Part shown: one piece after another, positions 1 to 12,694 of the stretch
How positions within the stretch are numbered: the first letter of the stretch is position 1
How the letters are laid out: each line of letters opens with the position of its first letter
DNA from: Raillietiella orientalis
Taxonomy: Eukaryota
Direction of reading: 5' to 3'
Assembly (NCBI GenBank): GCA_036172245.1
Contig: JAYWIR010000013.1
Coordinates: forward strand, 434,001 to 498,000
DNA length: 64,000 nucleotides
The notes under the pieces: model-generated
The model's input: the letters and a program-made list of their open reading frames with translations, nothing else
Database searches by the model: none
Told to the model about the DNA's origin: nothing
Translations under genes and position numbers: made by a program

Positions 1-3000
1 TAAAATTTACTAAGATCTCTTTTAATATGAAACACTTTGAGAGCAGCAACTAATAGCATTTGATAAGAGGCACTTTTAGATACAGTGATGGTCCGGAAAA
101 TTCTTCTTCTCAACGAACAATTTCCATCATACACTTTAATAACCTCAACTAAAAATAAATACTTGAGTTACACGAAATGATTATTACTTTCCACCTTCAA
201 CTCTTTCATCCTTATCTCTAGTTTTCTCTTTGAAAGTCTCTTCATCACGAAACTTTGAATCTGTACTTGTAAAGTCTTCTGATATACTACGTGCTAAAAC
301 AGTTACAAATGAGTAATAGTGGACCGATATAACAATTGACAAACTTCAAATTATTTTTGAAGTTGCGAAATTATACCACTGATTACCTAGTTTATGCGAT
401 ACATTATTTTTTTTTTTATTCTGCATCACCAAAATTGCTTCCATTGGGATTTCAGTTCGTGGAATGCTGACAGCTGTAGGAGGTAACATGATAGGCTCCA
501 GAAGACCAAAATGACAAAATTCAGAAATATTTTTGTAACAGCCAGAATGAGCCTAACATGACATGAAAATTTTATACTAACATAAAAAGAAACTCACTGT
601 GATTCCACACCATTCACATTTGTAACTGGTCAAGCATTCAAATGAGCAACATGATTTTCTGCAAAGAAAACATTTGGAATTGCTTGGAAGATTGCCTTCC
701 TGCCAATGATGGTGATGCACAACATCTTCTAAGTTTCGCTCAGGGACATATGTTGCACACTCAAGACAATTAGGAACAGCAAATTCTTGGCATTCCACAT
801 GTACATAATATTCACAAACTGAAATCAATTAATAAAATCAAATCTCAATTCATGCTTGCATTTATAGATCTAGATTAAGACATCAATGGTAAAAAATCTC
901 GAGATATTACTTTCACAACGCACAGCCCACATGTCATCCAAGCGTTTTCTGCAAATGTTACAAAATTTTCTTTTGAAATGAACTTGATCTGACCAACAAT
1001 GAGCAACTGGGTTCTAAAATGAAAATTTCAACACTCATATAGAAAAAATATTTTGAAAATACGCTAAACTTTACATTGCAATTTCGATTTCAAATTTTCA
1101 TACAATTTCCAAACCAGTTTTAGAGAAAAATGCACTATGAAGTACTACTATAAATGCTACTGTTTCAATCACTTGAATAGAATGAATAACGCTAAACTAA
1201 ATACAAATCATGCATTGAAAAATCGAAAGTATTGTACAATTTACGATAGTTTAATTCGTTCAAGGTTGCAAAGGAAATTTGCAAAACTTGAATTTTATGA
1301 TACAGCTCTGAAAAATGAAATACACATTACATCAGTCTACAACACTAACCAAAATGCACTACTTATTTTGATTTGATCGCTAATACATACGATCAGAAGC
1401 ACTAATTCAATATTTATACTTCTATATCTTTAATATTTTTATATAATACTTTTTTTAATTTTTATTTAATGTCCACCTACATAGATAAAAAATATATCAC
1501 TTCATCAATACAATACATCAGCAGAATACAATGAGCAAATCTCTAAACAATCAAGTAGAAACTTGAAAACAAAGATTTAAAAAAAAATAAAGGTTCCACT
1601 AAAAATTTCACTTGCTTTTGGCTAAAACATGAAGCTACGGATTTACAACCTCCAACCTATTATTACAAAACTACCTTCAAGGGGTACTTAACATACAGCA
1701 AAGCAGCAAGAGCAAAAAACAACTACTATAAGAATCAGTATTAATTTATAGAATTCCCATTTATATCATTTCAAAGTCAGATTATCATATCAAACTTTGT
1801 GCCAAATACAGAACATTCTTCCTGACATATTAATTCGATATAATCTATGAAAAAATCTTCAGGATTACAATATATAAATCTGATTTTAAATAGTACATGA
1901 AAAGTGAAAACTTTTCTGGTTAAATACACGAGAAATAGTTGATTAATTGATGCATGTTTTTGATCATCATCTAAAATAGAAACACAAATAGTCGCATGGT
2001 ATTTCAGATGAATAACTTTCAAAATACAACACCCTACTCAGTTCATATCCAGATCATTGAAAATCTGTGCTTTTAGATTTTGTTACTTCCGAAAACTGTC
2101 GGATTTTTAGAAAAATTCCATTTCAGATTGTGTGAATTGTGTGTGTGATCATATAATTCGTTTCAAATTATGTGATGATGATTCCATATTACAAGATTCA
2201 CATGTTATGACTTTCCTATCACCTTATTTCCATATGGGACAGATTATGCATACAAAAATATCATTCAAAGGTTAGCCCAGAGTACTGACTTTTACAGTTA
2301 CTTCCAAACATTAAACAATGATTGCTAATTCACACACCTAAGCTGTACAACTCCTATTTGGAAGTCTATAACTGTATGACACAAATAAAATAGATTGAAT
2401 CCAGTTTCTATGATTACATTAAATCCTAAGCAGGACAATGTCATTGCATCATTTGGAAAACTGCTACTTTAGTCCTAGGAAACTGCTATTTTCTTTCATT
2501 TCCTCATTTTCTGGAATCTGAAGTTGCATTTATTTGTCCACGCTCATTTGAACTTCGAAAAATCCATGAGATAGAACATCCTACACATTCCAAAATCAAT
2601 ATTGAATTTGTATCCGTGAAATTAAAATATAACAGAATATGCATTGCAGGAATAAATTCAGTTATCTGCGATAGGAAACAAAATTATATGACCACATCAA
2701 GTTCTGTCTTCTACATGATGGAAACCTTACAATTAAGGAATTATATCATTCCATCTCCAAAAAATTGGTATCTATTCTTTAAAGAATGCAATTAACTTGC
2801 ATTAACTTTTTGTCTTCCAATGCATTAATGTGAAGACTATTTATTTACCACAAAAATGCTCCCTGGGCACAAAGTAGCTGCTCAAAAAAATATCACTACC
2901 ATAGACCAAAAGTGATTTTGCGAAACCTATTGAAAATTTTCGTACAAATTGTGATATCAGATGACAAAAAATTTCCAACATAAACATCGATTCACAAAGG

Positions 3001-5975
3001 CACTAGTTCAAGAGTTATGCAAATTCAACAAAACTTTTTTCTCAAAAAAAAGAAAGGTGCTTCAATGCTGTGGATAAAGACATGATCAAAAAGTTAAGAA
3101 AGGATTGATCCAAATAACCAGAATTAATAAAAAAATAACTTCCACAACATTGCACTCGAGGTATTCAATGCACTCTATGAATTTGTGACTAAAAAGCAAA
3201 AACAGGCTGAAGAAAAGTAGAGATTCAATTAGGACAGGGAAAAAATAAAGTGAAAGGGTTTGTTTTAAATAAAATGTATGAAAGTACAAATTATTTAAAC
3301 TGAAATTTAGAACTAATTTCTGGAAAACAAATCATAAATATATATGACAGAAATCGAGATAATTTTTGTAGATATTCTGGTAAAGCACTTTTATGCAAAA
3401 TCTGGAACACATCCACAACTGCTTGTTCAGAAAATTTGAAATGATTCACAAAAAAAAATTACTGAACACATTATATCTATCAACAATATACAGAACGATC
3501 TGACTTCGATTTTTAAGTGCTTTTCAGGTAAGAACATATCATTGAAGATTTTTAGGAACTTAAGAGTTGATAAACATAACTCATGAAGCAAGTTGTGTAC
3601 TCAACATTTCTTGTAGATGACCTTACAAGTTGCAAAACTGATGCAAATGAGCCAATAAATATTTAAGTTGGAATGTTTACTTATGTAAACATTATAACTT
3701 ATTCAAAAAGCAATGATTTGTGCTTGCAAAACATGGTTGCCGATAAAAGATAAACTGTTTTTTCTTTCTTGCCATCAGACACAAACACTACGTTAAGATA
3801 AGAAATGAAAATTCATACTGCTAAGAAGCTTTCTGTGATTCTTGAAATATAATATTTGAAACTTGATGCCACTCTGATATTTATTACGTATTTTTTGATT
3901 CTATATCTTCGGTATCTCAAAACACTCAAACACTATTTAAAACTCTATTAAACACTACATTAAACACTATTAAATGACATTTAAAACAGAAAAAAATAAA
4001 ATATTTTACATAAGACATCCCTCCCTACTCCTGCTCTAACAATTATTGGGAAGCATGATTCATTGAAAAATCAGCAATACTCCAGCAAAGAATGACTGCT
4101 AAACTCATAACCAGAATTAAAATGTACATTACACAAGAGTGATGGAGACACCATAGATGCTAGTAGAGTGATTGAAAATGGTTTCTACTTCCAAGGCAAA
4201 CTTCTAGCTTATGGAAAATGTGTCTTAGTATTTTAATACATTGAAACTTGATCCTATAAGTGGAATACGGAAAATGCTGTACATATAGCTGTTTTTCCAC
4301 TTATGAAATTTTTAAATTTATTAAAATACATGCAAACTATATAAATAAAACCTCTCTAATATCGAAATACGTAGACAAACAATAAAGTCCAATAATATGG
4401 CTATAAAGTAAAATGCAACTTACAAACCCATTAAATACAAATTCTGTATCAAATGAATGGTTTCAAGCTATATGAAAAGACTCAAATTGGATTTACAAGT
4501 GAGATAAACGTCTGTGTTGCACCATCTGAGAGTATTACTTATTTTTAAAAAGGTAATAACTTTCACATTAACATTTGACCATGGGTGATGGCTTATGTTA
4601 CTAGTATTATTATAACAAATTGCACATAATCAATGGAGGAATCAAGATTACAATACAGACGTGTCAAAGGCCACATGAAACTTTAAAAAACTTATGCAAA
4701 ACATTACACCATGGACTGTGAAACTGATATTCGCATTGAATGAATTTTCAAAGTAATGCTGGGATATACAAATACTGCTAGGTAATAATAATAACAATTT
4801 CAAAGAACCATTACTCTTTAAAAATAAATATGTAAATACATAAAATACTAATGTAGATGATTTTTAATTGCATTTCTAATTTTAAACAAGTGATGCTTTT
4901 ACTGACAGTGTAAATAATACACTTAATTTAGCTTCGAAATAATGATTAGATCTGAACAATAAATATACCTTTACTTGAGAAGCTGCAAGACTAGAACAAG
5001 AAGTAACAATGGACTTTAAACATCTATCATGAGTGACAAAATTGCATACTGAAAAGAAAAATTCATGTGATTAATTCAAACAAGTGCACACATAATTGAC
5101 ATGAACATAACAATATAGATACATTTTGTTAATTGATTTGCCCATTTATCTTCAATTCTCAAAAATTAGATTTCTATATTGCAAAACCAAATCAATATTT
5201 ACTCGTTTAAATCAAAATTTAATATTTTCTTCACTGAACTGTTAAACGTATTCTTTTTTCAAATATCCTTAAGGATAAAAAGGCTATGGATACCGTATAC
5301 AAAGTTCCCAAATACTAAATACTTAATTTGAGTAACATGATCCTCATATAATCTGATTCCAAATCAATTTTTATAGACTATTAAAAAGCTTCTTAACAAT
5401 TTCCAACAAATAAATTCCATAATTTGCTGCAATTCGATAATTATTTAGAAAATGAAAGCAATCTTCTTATGAAAAAACACAATTGAAAAGTTGTCTTTAG
5501 TACAAAAGAAATGAACATAAAGCACAGCAATCAGCAGTTAAAAAGTATAATTACAGTTGGACTTCAATTACATACAAAATAAAATTATCAGTGCAAATCA
5601 AAAGAAGACAAGCAAACTGAGTATATGGCCCATTAAAACAACATTACAAGGTTTCGATGAATAAAACCATATGGTTAATAACTAAAAAGCATAATTCAGA
5701 GACAGCTTAACGATCTAAAACATGTAGTTCATACAAGTTGAATCTGAAATTGTATCCAAGAGTAGAGAATGTTTTTGGATCTCCTGTATCTTATGTTAGT
5801 AACAATGGTATTAAATATTACCAAGGTAATAGTTAATACCTTCACATATATATCCCTGTTGAATGAGACCCCAAAGAAGATCAGTACAGTGATGGCAGTA
5901 AGTGGGTTTATGAAACGTTTTCTTGGTAAAAAAATGACCGTGACTTGCAGATCCCATGTCATCCGCCCCCGCCAT
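1..5975 (-). CDS. DGKQ: Diacylglycerol kinase theta (type V DGK), 5' portion; the gene continues beyond the left edge
   Basis: Phase-consistent GT-AG exons: 5840-5975 (MAGADDMGSASHGHFFTKKTFHKPTYCHHCTDLLWGLIQQGYICE), 4969-5048 (VCNFVTHDRCLKSIVTSC...), 911-1013 (NPVAHCWSDQVHFKRKFCNICRKRLDDMWAVRCE), 598-818 (ICEYYVHVECQEFAVPNC...HHHWQEGNLPSNSKCFLCRKSC...CEWCGIT), 387-552 (AHSGCY...CHFGLLEPIMLPPTAVSIPRT), 195-293, <1-148 (EVIKVYDGNCSLRRRIFRTITV...ALKVFHI). Three tandem C1 zinc-finger domains followed by a Ras-association-like domain is the DGK-theta architecture. Confidence 0.93.
3920..3973. repeat. Short degenerate tandem repeat (about 11-nt unit, aaacactatt-like) in a DGKQ intron
   Basis: aaacactcaaacactatttaaaactctattaaacactacattaaacactattaaa. 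Confidence 0.5.
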
Positions 5976-5979
5976 CTTG
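5969..5979 (-). promoter_or_regulatory. YY1/Pho-type motif CAAGATGGCGG overlapping the DGKQ start codon, inside a small CpG-rich patch
   Basis: Minus strand reads aacAAGATGGCGG; about 5935-6025 is locally GC/CpG-rich in an otherwise CpG-poor region. Motif match only. Confidence 0.35.
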
Positions 5980-7249
5980 TTTTAAGGCTGGGTCGGCCGC
6001 CGCTGCTATTAGCGGAACGGCCAACCTTTTATTTATAATGCACATTCAAATGGTTCAACATTTTGGAATCATAAAAGTAATCAACATCACAAGAACACTT
6101 ATTGATATCTCCGTTTACATCATGGATCAGTGGAAATCACTACTTATAATCATAACTTTCCTTAGTCCATTGTAGCACGTAACTTTCCAAGCATATTCAC
6201 GAACATTCACACGCATGTCAAAAATCTACATGTGCGCATATACCGAAATATCAATAAAGAATAACGTATTTTGAAATTTCCTTATACCACGGCATTCCGT
6301 ATATAAAATAGTCATGCTTTTCTGTCCAAAATATGAACATTCAAGCGGAAAAGGTATTTTAAATTAACAGGCATGCAAGAAATTGTGTAATCTTTTTCTT
6401 TATGCATCACGTCCCTTCCTAAATTCATTTGTTCTGCAAACGTTCGGAGGGATTATTACTATCATTTTTGTGGTACAGATTACTACTGTCTGATTGAAAC
6501 AAGGGAATGTAAATGAAGACAAAATTGTGAAACATCCAATTCATGAATAGCAATCTTCCTCAGCCGTGGGAAATTTTCAGATCATCATGAACTGATGGGG
6601 AACTCTGCACATCTTCCTCAGTGAGCTACGATTGTATTTCTTAAATTACAAAAAAAATAGCTGTGTTTTCATAGATGCATAAAAAATAAATAGAATACTC
6701 AGTCCATTGTGCTCACATACACTCAATACGCGCATAGATTTTTTAAATGTTGCTGCATTCATGTGTTAAATTACCCAAATCTCTATTCTTTGTCACAATA
6801 TAGCAATTGTTTCCGGGTATTTTGGAAACCGTTTGCATTCAATACAAGGGATCCAATACAAGGGACCGTTTACAAGGGATTTTCAGTCACTTTCATAAAC
6901 TTAATCATTAAATAACTTCTCATGCCTCCTTATGACAGCAGCTGCTTGCAGCCAGTTATACAACTGCAGTTTTGATGCTCTTGGTTTAGTTTGAAATTCC
7001 ACAACGTCCTTTTTGAAAGCACAAACAAGAGCATTCAACTTAATCCTTCTGCAGCTTGAGACAAGGGTTTGTTGATCCTTGAATCAATTCGCAAAACTAT
7101 TTTCCATAAAGAGACGTAAGACGATAATTGCAGAGAACCATTATGAAGTACCACTTTCCTATTTCATGTTTTTCAGGTGAAGACCTTCCTCTGCAGTCAT
7201 CAGAAAATTTTCACGTTGCAGAGTGAGTAACCTCAAACACTAGATGTGT

Positions 7250-8750
7250 AACATGACGACACATGATGTGTAACATTTCATCATGAAAACATTTGAAGAC
7301 TCGAGACCTGATGAGTGCATTAAGCAGACATTCACAGTTCGGTGTTGACTACCGGGATAAAAATGGAGGTGGGAACGAAAAGCCCACCCAGGATTTAGGG
7401 TTTAAGTACGTGAAGTAGGATGGCAATCGGAGAAAGAACTTGCATCACAATCTCAAAAGGCCAACATTTCGAAGGATTTCAAATGGCTCCGTTATACTCT
7501 GAAGTTCATCAAACTTGTGAAATTCGGTAATAGCATGATTCATATGACTTGTTCCTGTACGAAATGCAGCTTACGACAGCAAAAGACTACTATCATCATT
7601 GCTTCCAATTCCTCCAAGGAACTGGGGAAAAAATCTCATAAAACAAGGAATAAGCGAATATCATCAGCAAAAGCATAGTTACAAAAATAAAAAACTGTCT
7701 TGATAAGTGAAACATATGGAACAAACAAAGATTATATTTAAGTGTACATATCCTCAGATGCTGCGAATAAGAAAGTAAAGAACCAGAAGAAGAAAGGGAG
7801 GATTAAGGAACATGAGCATGGTATTCAGGATTGTAAACGGCTGTTACATAAAAAATCATAGGAGCTTTCTCAAAGAGGGGGAGGAAATGTGCAAAATCGT
7901 AAAAAATCATGAGATGCCGAATGAATCTACTGTTCATGAATGGTTGCTTGGTACTTTGGATTTGGTAGTTTGGAAAATTAGGATAGAACATATGGGGAAT
8001 GCGAAACCCATAATTGCACTTTTTTATGCCTTGGAAATTCAACACAGTAACTGTAAATCGGAAATGTGCTTGAGATTGAGAAGCAAATAATCCAATTCCC
8101 TTAATTGTATTATAAGGAAAACCATACAAAGTTCAATCAAAGATTTTCTCATCACCAAGATTTATTGAGTCGAGTTGTCCGCAACCCGGATAAATAATGG
8201 TATTTAATAATTTATCCGGTATCAAAAACATTTACTTATCTGATACAGTAAATAGGATGAAAATCTTAAGTAACTCAGAACAGAATACAGATATGCAATT
8301 AATTATCCAAGAATAAGATTGACCTTCAAAGAGTTGCTGATGAAAGTTAAAATGAGGAAGGGCACGAAATGAGAGAAAGGAAAGTACGGAATGATTCTGC
8401 TGGAACAGTCCATTAGTCAAGACGAAGATCGCATCATCAAAAGAACAAAGTGGAAATGCTTCGCGAGAAAATAATGGATTGTGAGAGTAATGAAGAGTGA
8501 ATTAGAAATATAGGTGAGCATCTTCCATAAGCCATGAAACATGGAATGCTTATACTGACTATTAGTAGCAAGGCATGGATTTTCGTGGAAACGATTGATG
8601 TAGAAGTTCTGCTTAAGGGTATCCGTAATGGGCATGTTTACCCAGATTTGCAAAAGAACAAAACCAGTGGAGATTGTATGTGGTTGACTAATCGAGAATC
8701 TGTTATGTCCAGCCCAATAGAACAAGAATAGAGGTATCTAGGAAGCATAA
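7250..8750 (-). mobile_element. Highly degenerate Penelope-like retroelement relic (RT plus GIY-YIG endonuclease)
   Basis: Broken minus-strand translations give motifs in the Penelope order: CPLRIPLSR (cf. PLRPIIS), TYISNSLF (cf. SYIKNS..F), RFIRHLMIF (cf. RYVDDIF), LLSYSQHL (cf. YL.F.S.HP), FYPGSQHRTVNVCLMH (cf. YIG.T.R.L..R..EH). Many stops and frameshifts. Confidence 0.45.
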
Positions 8751-9499
8751 CTATGAATGGAAATCCTCAGTCCGAAACAAACCTCTGTGAAGAAAGTGAA
8801 TAGTGTACGTAGTGAATAATAGTAGCGTCACAAACGATCTCCATAGGGTAACATGCACAGACATACATATGCCCATTCCTGTGAAGAGACAGCAATCCTC
8901 ATGAAAAAGTGGTGATCTCAGAAGAACTGAACCAGACGCAAGCCGTTGTCTGATACAAAGTAGGAGACGCCTCTCGGAGAGAGGCACGAATAGGGAAGGA
9001 CGAAAAATCGAACTGGAAAACAAGTGGATCACAAGCCCAAGTATGCTGCTGAAAATACTCTTCGCAAAGAAATATTTTCAAGATAATGAGGAACTCGGCA
9101 AAGAACAGGGCTTGCCGATGCATAAAAAGAAAAGGAGGACGAAGGGAGCGCAGAAAATGGGCGAATCGATAGGAGAAAAGACGTTATTGCATCCATAAAT
9201 GCGTTTGGGGCTCCTTGTACAAACTTAGGTCCACATTTCTAGGTTCCCACACAAGACAATTAAAAAATTGCAACAGTGGAGAGGTTTCGACATTTTGAAA
9301 GTTAAGTTGCGTTTCGAATCCTTATTAAAGGTCTCTATTTCCTATTTCCTATCCTCTATTCGTGACTGGATTGGCTTACGAGTATTTACTGGATGTTTCC
9401 AATACATCCAAGTGCCTTTTAGCCGTCCCTAATATTTCACCGATTTGAAATTCAAAGTGCTCTGCTGTGGAAACTGTATGGATCGTGGATTCTTCCCAG

Positions 9500-10900
9500 G
9501 CTGTTACTAGACACAAAAGTATTCCTTCTCTGAATGTTACTCCTCGTCTTGATCAGGTCTGATCTGCACAGAACGAACGGAACTGCTTATGGCAAACTGA
9601 TAAGCACTTTGCAAATACGTTACACTGGAATGGAAAAAAAAAATGAGGAAAAATAAATACATTCCACAGGGCTTAGCACAGAGAATGGAATCCAGAGAAG
9701 CGATCAAGCCTCGGCGAAGAAACATTGATGTTAGCAATAAAAAGGCTATAAAGCATATTTGTTTACAGTGCATGGTATGAATGGTAATATACTTGCAGGA
9801 TGCCGCTAGAAGCAAATGCATTTCGAAGAAAGTCAGTAGAGTTGGTTAGTAAGGCAGGAAAAAAAATCATAAGCTTAGGGGATGCTACGGAAATTATCAA
9901 AAATTGGGATCATATAATCTTTCCGTATGACGACCATAGGAGTGACCGCAAAATGTCCAACATCAGCAAGTGCTCTAGGTCTTAGCAGCAACGACAGAAA
10001 GAGCAATAATTCCTGTCTTGAACCAACTGCAGTTATTCCTTTGAATTTTTTAATTCTATCTTCGTGCTGCAGCAAATTTCCCCTCCACTTCTCCTTACCA
10101 TCTTAAGAGACACAGATGCAGAGGAAGATGCTGATGTACATTACCTGCAGAGAAAAGTTGCATAAGGAACTTTCGCGTTTCAACTCCAGCGATCTAATTT
10201 TTTTTGTTCTGACGCGAGCTCCCCAACTTTGTGCTGAAAAATATATTTTTTTTTTCTTTACACGGTCTACAGAAACATTCCTTCCTCAGTGAAGGAAATT
10301 GCGCCACATTTGGTTTTGACCGAAATTGATTAACCTTTCCACGATGGACATGAATGTCTTTCTAACCGCTTTGGAAGTTTGCGGAAATACCGTATTTGGT
10401 GAACTGCCAGAGCAGATCAAAGAAATCACCCAGATTTGAATCCACTGCCTCGAGTGCTCGAGATTTTCAGGGCTCTTCTTGCCTTGCACATTATGCAGTG
10501 TTGCCGCAAACTTATCACAAGGAGTGGTATCTATCAGATGTCAGAATCACCTTCGCCTATGGTTTCCTCGATTCATCTCGGCTTGTAGCCTCCGCGGTTT
10601 CCTAAACTTAGAGGCGACAGATGGTAGTGTGTAGTTATTCTGACATAAAGGAGGAGGAAAACGATCTTCCTCTCCTTTCGGAAGATCGGTTGCATTGACT
10701 TTCAGTTCTATTTTTCACTTCACCGATTTCTTGTGTGGCAGTTATCGGTCTCTTAGGCAAATGACCAAACGCCCTTCTTCACCGAAACTCATGCAAGATG
10801 CTTTTCTTCGTGAATCCAATGTTTTCCCGAGTGATTGCAGATTCGTCCATGATGAGTTGGTTTTTATTCGGACTGATGAAATCTGACCATAAAAAGTATA
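9500..10900 (-). mobile_element. Degenerate non-LTR retrotransposon (RTE-like) reverse transcriptase relic
   Basis: Minus-strand fragments NNYTLPSVASK (cf. NYR.ISL.S..K), LLWQFTKYGISANF (cf. LW..L.KFG.P..F) and RALADVGHFAV (cf. LLFADD.AL) occur in the expected order. Confidence 0.4.
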
Positions 10901-10949
10901 AATAAGGGCAATCAGGGATGATAAAACTCCTTGCAATACATTCTATTAG

Positions 10950-11815
10950 TACGATGAGCATCTCAAAAGTAAGGGAGGATCGGATAGAAAATAAGAACAA
11001 ATAAGAGAAACAAAAATGCATTAGTGGTGGTTTCAAACACGTGCATCCCCGTGTCATTTTTCCATGTGGTCATCATTGGTTTCCAAACACTTCTGATACC
11101 GTGGAAGAAGCTTTTTGAAACCCTCTGCATGAAATTCCGCCACCTGGGAGTTCAGCCACTTCAGCAGCACTGCAGTTAGTCACTGGGTCAGGACTGTAAG
11201 GTGAGTGATCAAAAAGTTCCCATTTGAATTTCTGAATCTGGAATGTGCGGTCGGCAGCAGCATGTGGGAAACAAAAGGGTGTGCTTTTGGTGGACGTATG
11301 GAGCCTGAAACGAGCATCACTTCGCAAGTCCACTGTGGAACACTTTTGGGACTGCGGCCTACCATTCAGAACCGACGGCATGGAATGCTGAGATCAGGAA
11401 TTGTTCTTCTCCTCCACGACGACACGCGCCTTGGCAACACATGCTGTCCAGACAATTCAGAAATTCAAATGGGAACTTTTCGATCACCCACCTTACAGCC
11501 CTGACCTCGCGCCCAGTGACTACCACGTCTTCCTGCACCTCAGGAAGTGGCTCAACGATTCGAGTGGGAAAGTGAGGAATGGAAAACTGCAGTGCTGCTT
11601 AAGTGGCTGAAGTCCGAGGCAGTGGAATTTCATGCAGAGGGTTGAAAAAAGCTTGCCAAAGTGTCGCAGTGTCCAAAGTATTTGGTGAAAAATGGTGACT
11701 ACGCAGAAAAATGACATGGGGATGCATGTGTCTAGAACCACTGACCCATCGTTGTTTCTCTTATTTGTTCTTCCTTTATATCCGATCTGCTCTTACTTTT
11801 GAAATGTGCCTCGTA
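10950..11815 (+). mobile_element. Non-autonomous mariner (Tc1/mariner) derivative with long inverted arms made from the element's 3' end
   Basis: Transposase remnants ...TIQNRRHGMLRSGIVLLLHDD and KFKWELFDHPPYSPDLAPSDYHVFLHLRKWL (mariner YSPDLAPSD motif) on plus; an inverted copy (KFKWELFDHSPYSPD) on minus at about 10950-11240. Termini TAcgatgagcatctcaaaagtaag and cttacttttgaaatgtgcctcgTA are inverted repeats bounded by TA. Confidence 0.88.
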
Positions 11816-12031
11816 CATTCTTTAGTGTCCGCGTGCTGCAACTTTTAAACGAAATTTTTTTGCCCAAGTTCTGTTGCGGCAGAAGCTTCTGCTCCTAGAT
11901 CCAGGAGCAGGCCCTCCTGACTCCTCCCAGGTTCCTGCTTTTTCCGTCTATAAAACAAAATCTGCGTGGTTCGCTAAGTACCACAAGAACCGTCGCGCCC
12001 CTGGCAGCGGCTCGCGCAGCTCTTTAACACT

Positions 12032-12694
12032 TTTCCACGCTACCCGAGGGGACGTGTAATTCTTAGATAGGGGGTACTCCTGAAAAAAATCCGCTTTATG
12101 AATCCAGGAAGGGCTCGTTCTTCTCGCGCCTGGGGAGGGATCCCCGAAAAGGAGATCACCTTCACCCTGGTTGCCTCCGGAGTGAACTTCGAAGGAAATC
12201 TCCTTCCTTATTCTCTCCGAAGGAACCCCGGAGGGATGCGCTCCTGTTTGCTCCTCCTCCGAAGAGAACCCCGAACCCTCCGAAATTCAGAAGGGCACTG
12301 CTTCGAAGGGATCGGCTCGCTTCTCCGCACTCTCTGGACAGGTGACGACATACCTACTCCATCAGTGCCACGCGGAGGGTCCCCCACACTGGGGATCCGT
12401 TCCTTTGCACAACGGAGGGGGAACTCTCCATTTTTGATTCCTGGAAGGACCTGGAGGGTCGAACCCCAGCCACTTGTCCCGGCCACTCGTCGGGAGCATC
12501 CGGTTTGAACTGCTACCAGTGGCTCCGCACCCGAATGAATGGAGTCCAACCGGAGCCATCTTGCGGGAGGAACTCGAACCCACGACGCACTGCGTCAGTT
12601 TCTTTTGGAGTATTCGAACCCGCGACTCTTGGTGATGCCACGCGCGGAGACCTCAGCAGCCACATGGCCTCACACGCGGACTGTGTGGGTGACA
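12032..12694 (-). repeat. LTR-like interspersed repeat, copy 1 (probable 3' LTR of a Gypsy element)
   Basis: Homologous along its length to 52400-52950, 59677-60390 and (inverted) 53960-54280. The family begins TGTCAC (intact at 52400) and this copy ends GTGACA. The adjacent minus-strand sequence cgggatgaactttttttgaag...gggagg resembles a PPT-proximal tract. Confidence 0.65.

Noticed and set aside
407..417. Homopolymer frameshift or pseudogenisation of DGKQ
   Set aside because: The 11-nt run keeps the frame (QNKKKNNVSHKL) up to a valid donor site.
1859..1970. Intronic C/D-box snoRNA (ATGATGA...CTGA on minus)
   Set aside because: No terminal stem or recognisable rRNA antisense element; such boxes arise by chance in AT-rich introns.
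7308..7332. Hammerhead ribozyme candidate (CTGATGAG-tgc-attaa-gca) near the Penelope-like relic
   Set aside because: The GAAA core is missing (gaca), there is no stem I/III, and it lies antisense within the putative GIY-YIG coding relic.
12607..12670. Functional tRNA gene
   Set aside because: A B-box-like motif is present but no complete cloverleaf or acceptor stem; it is part of a repeat family and is reported as a finding instead.
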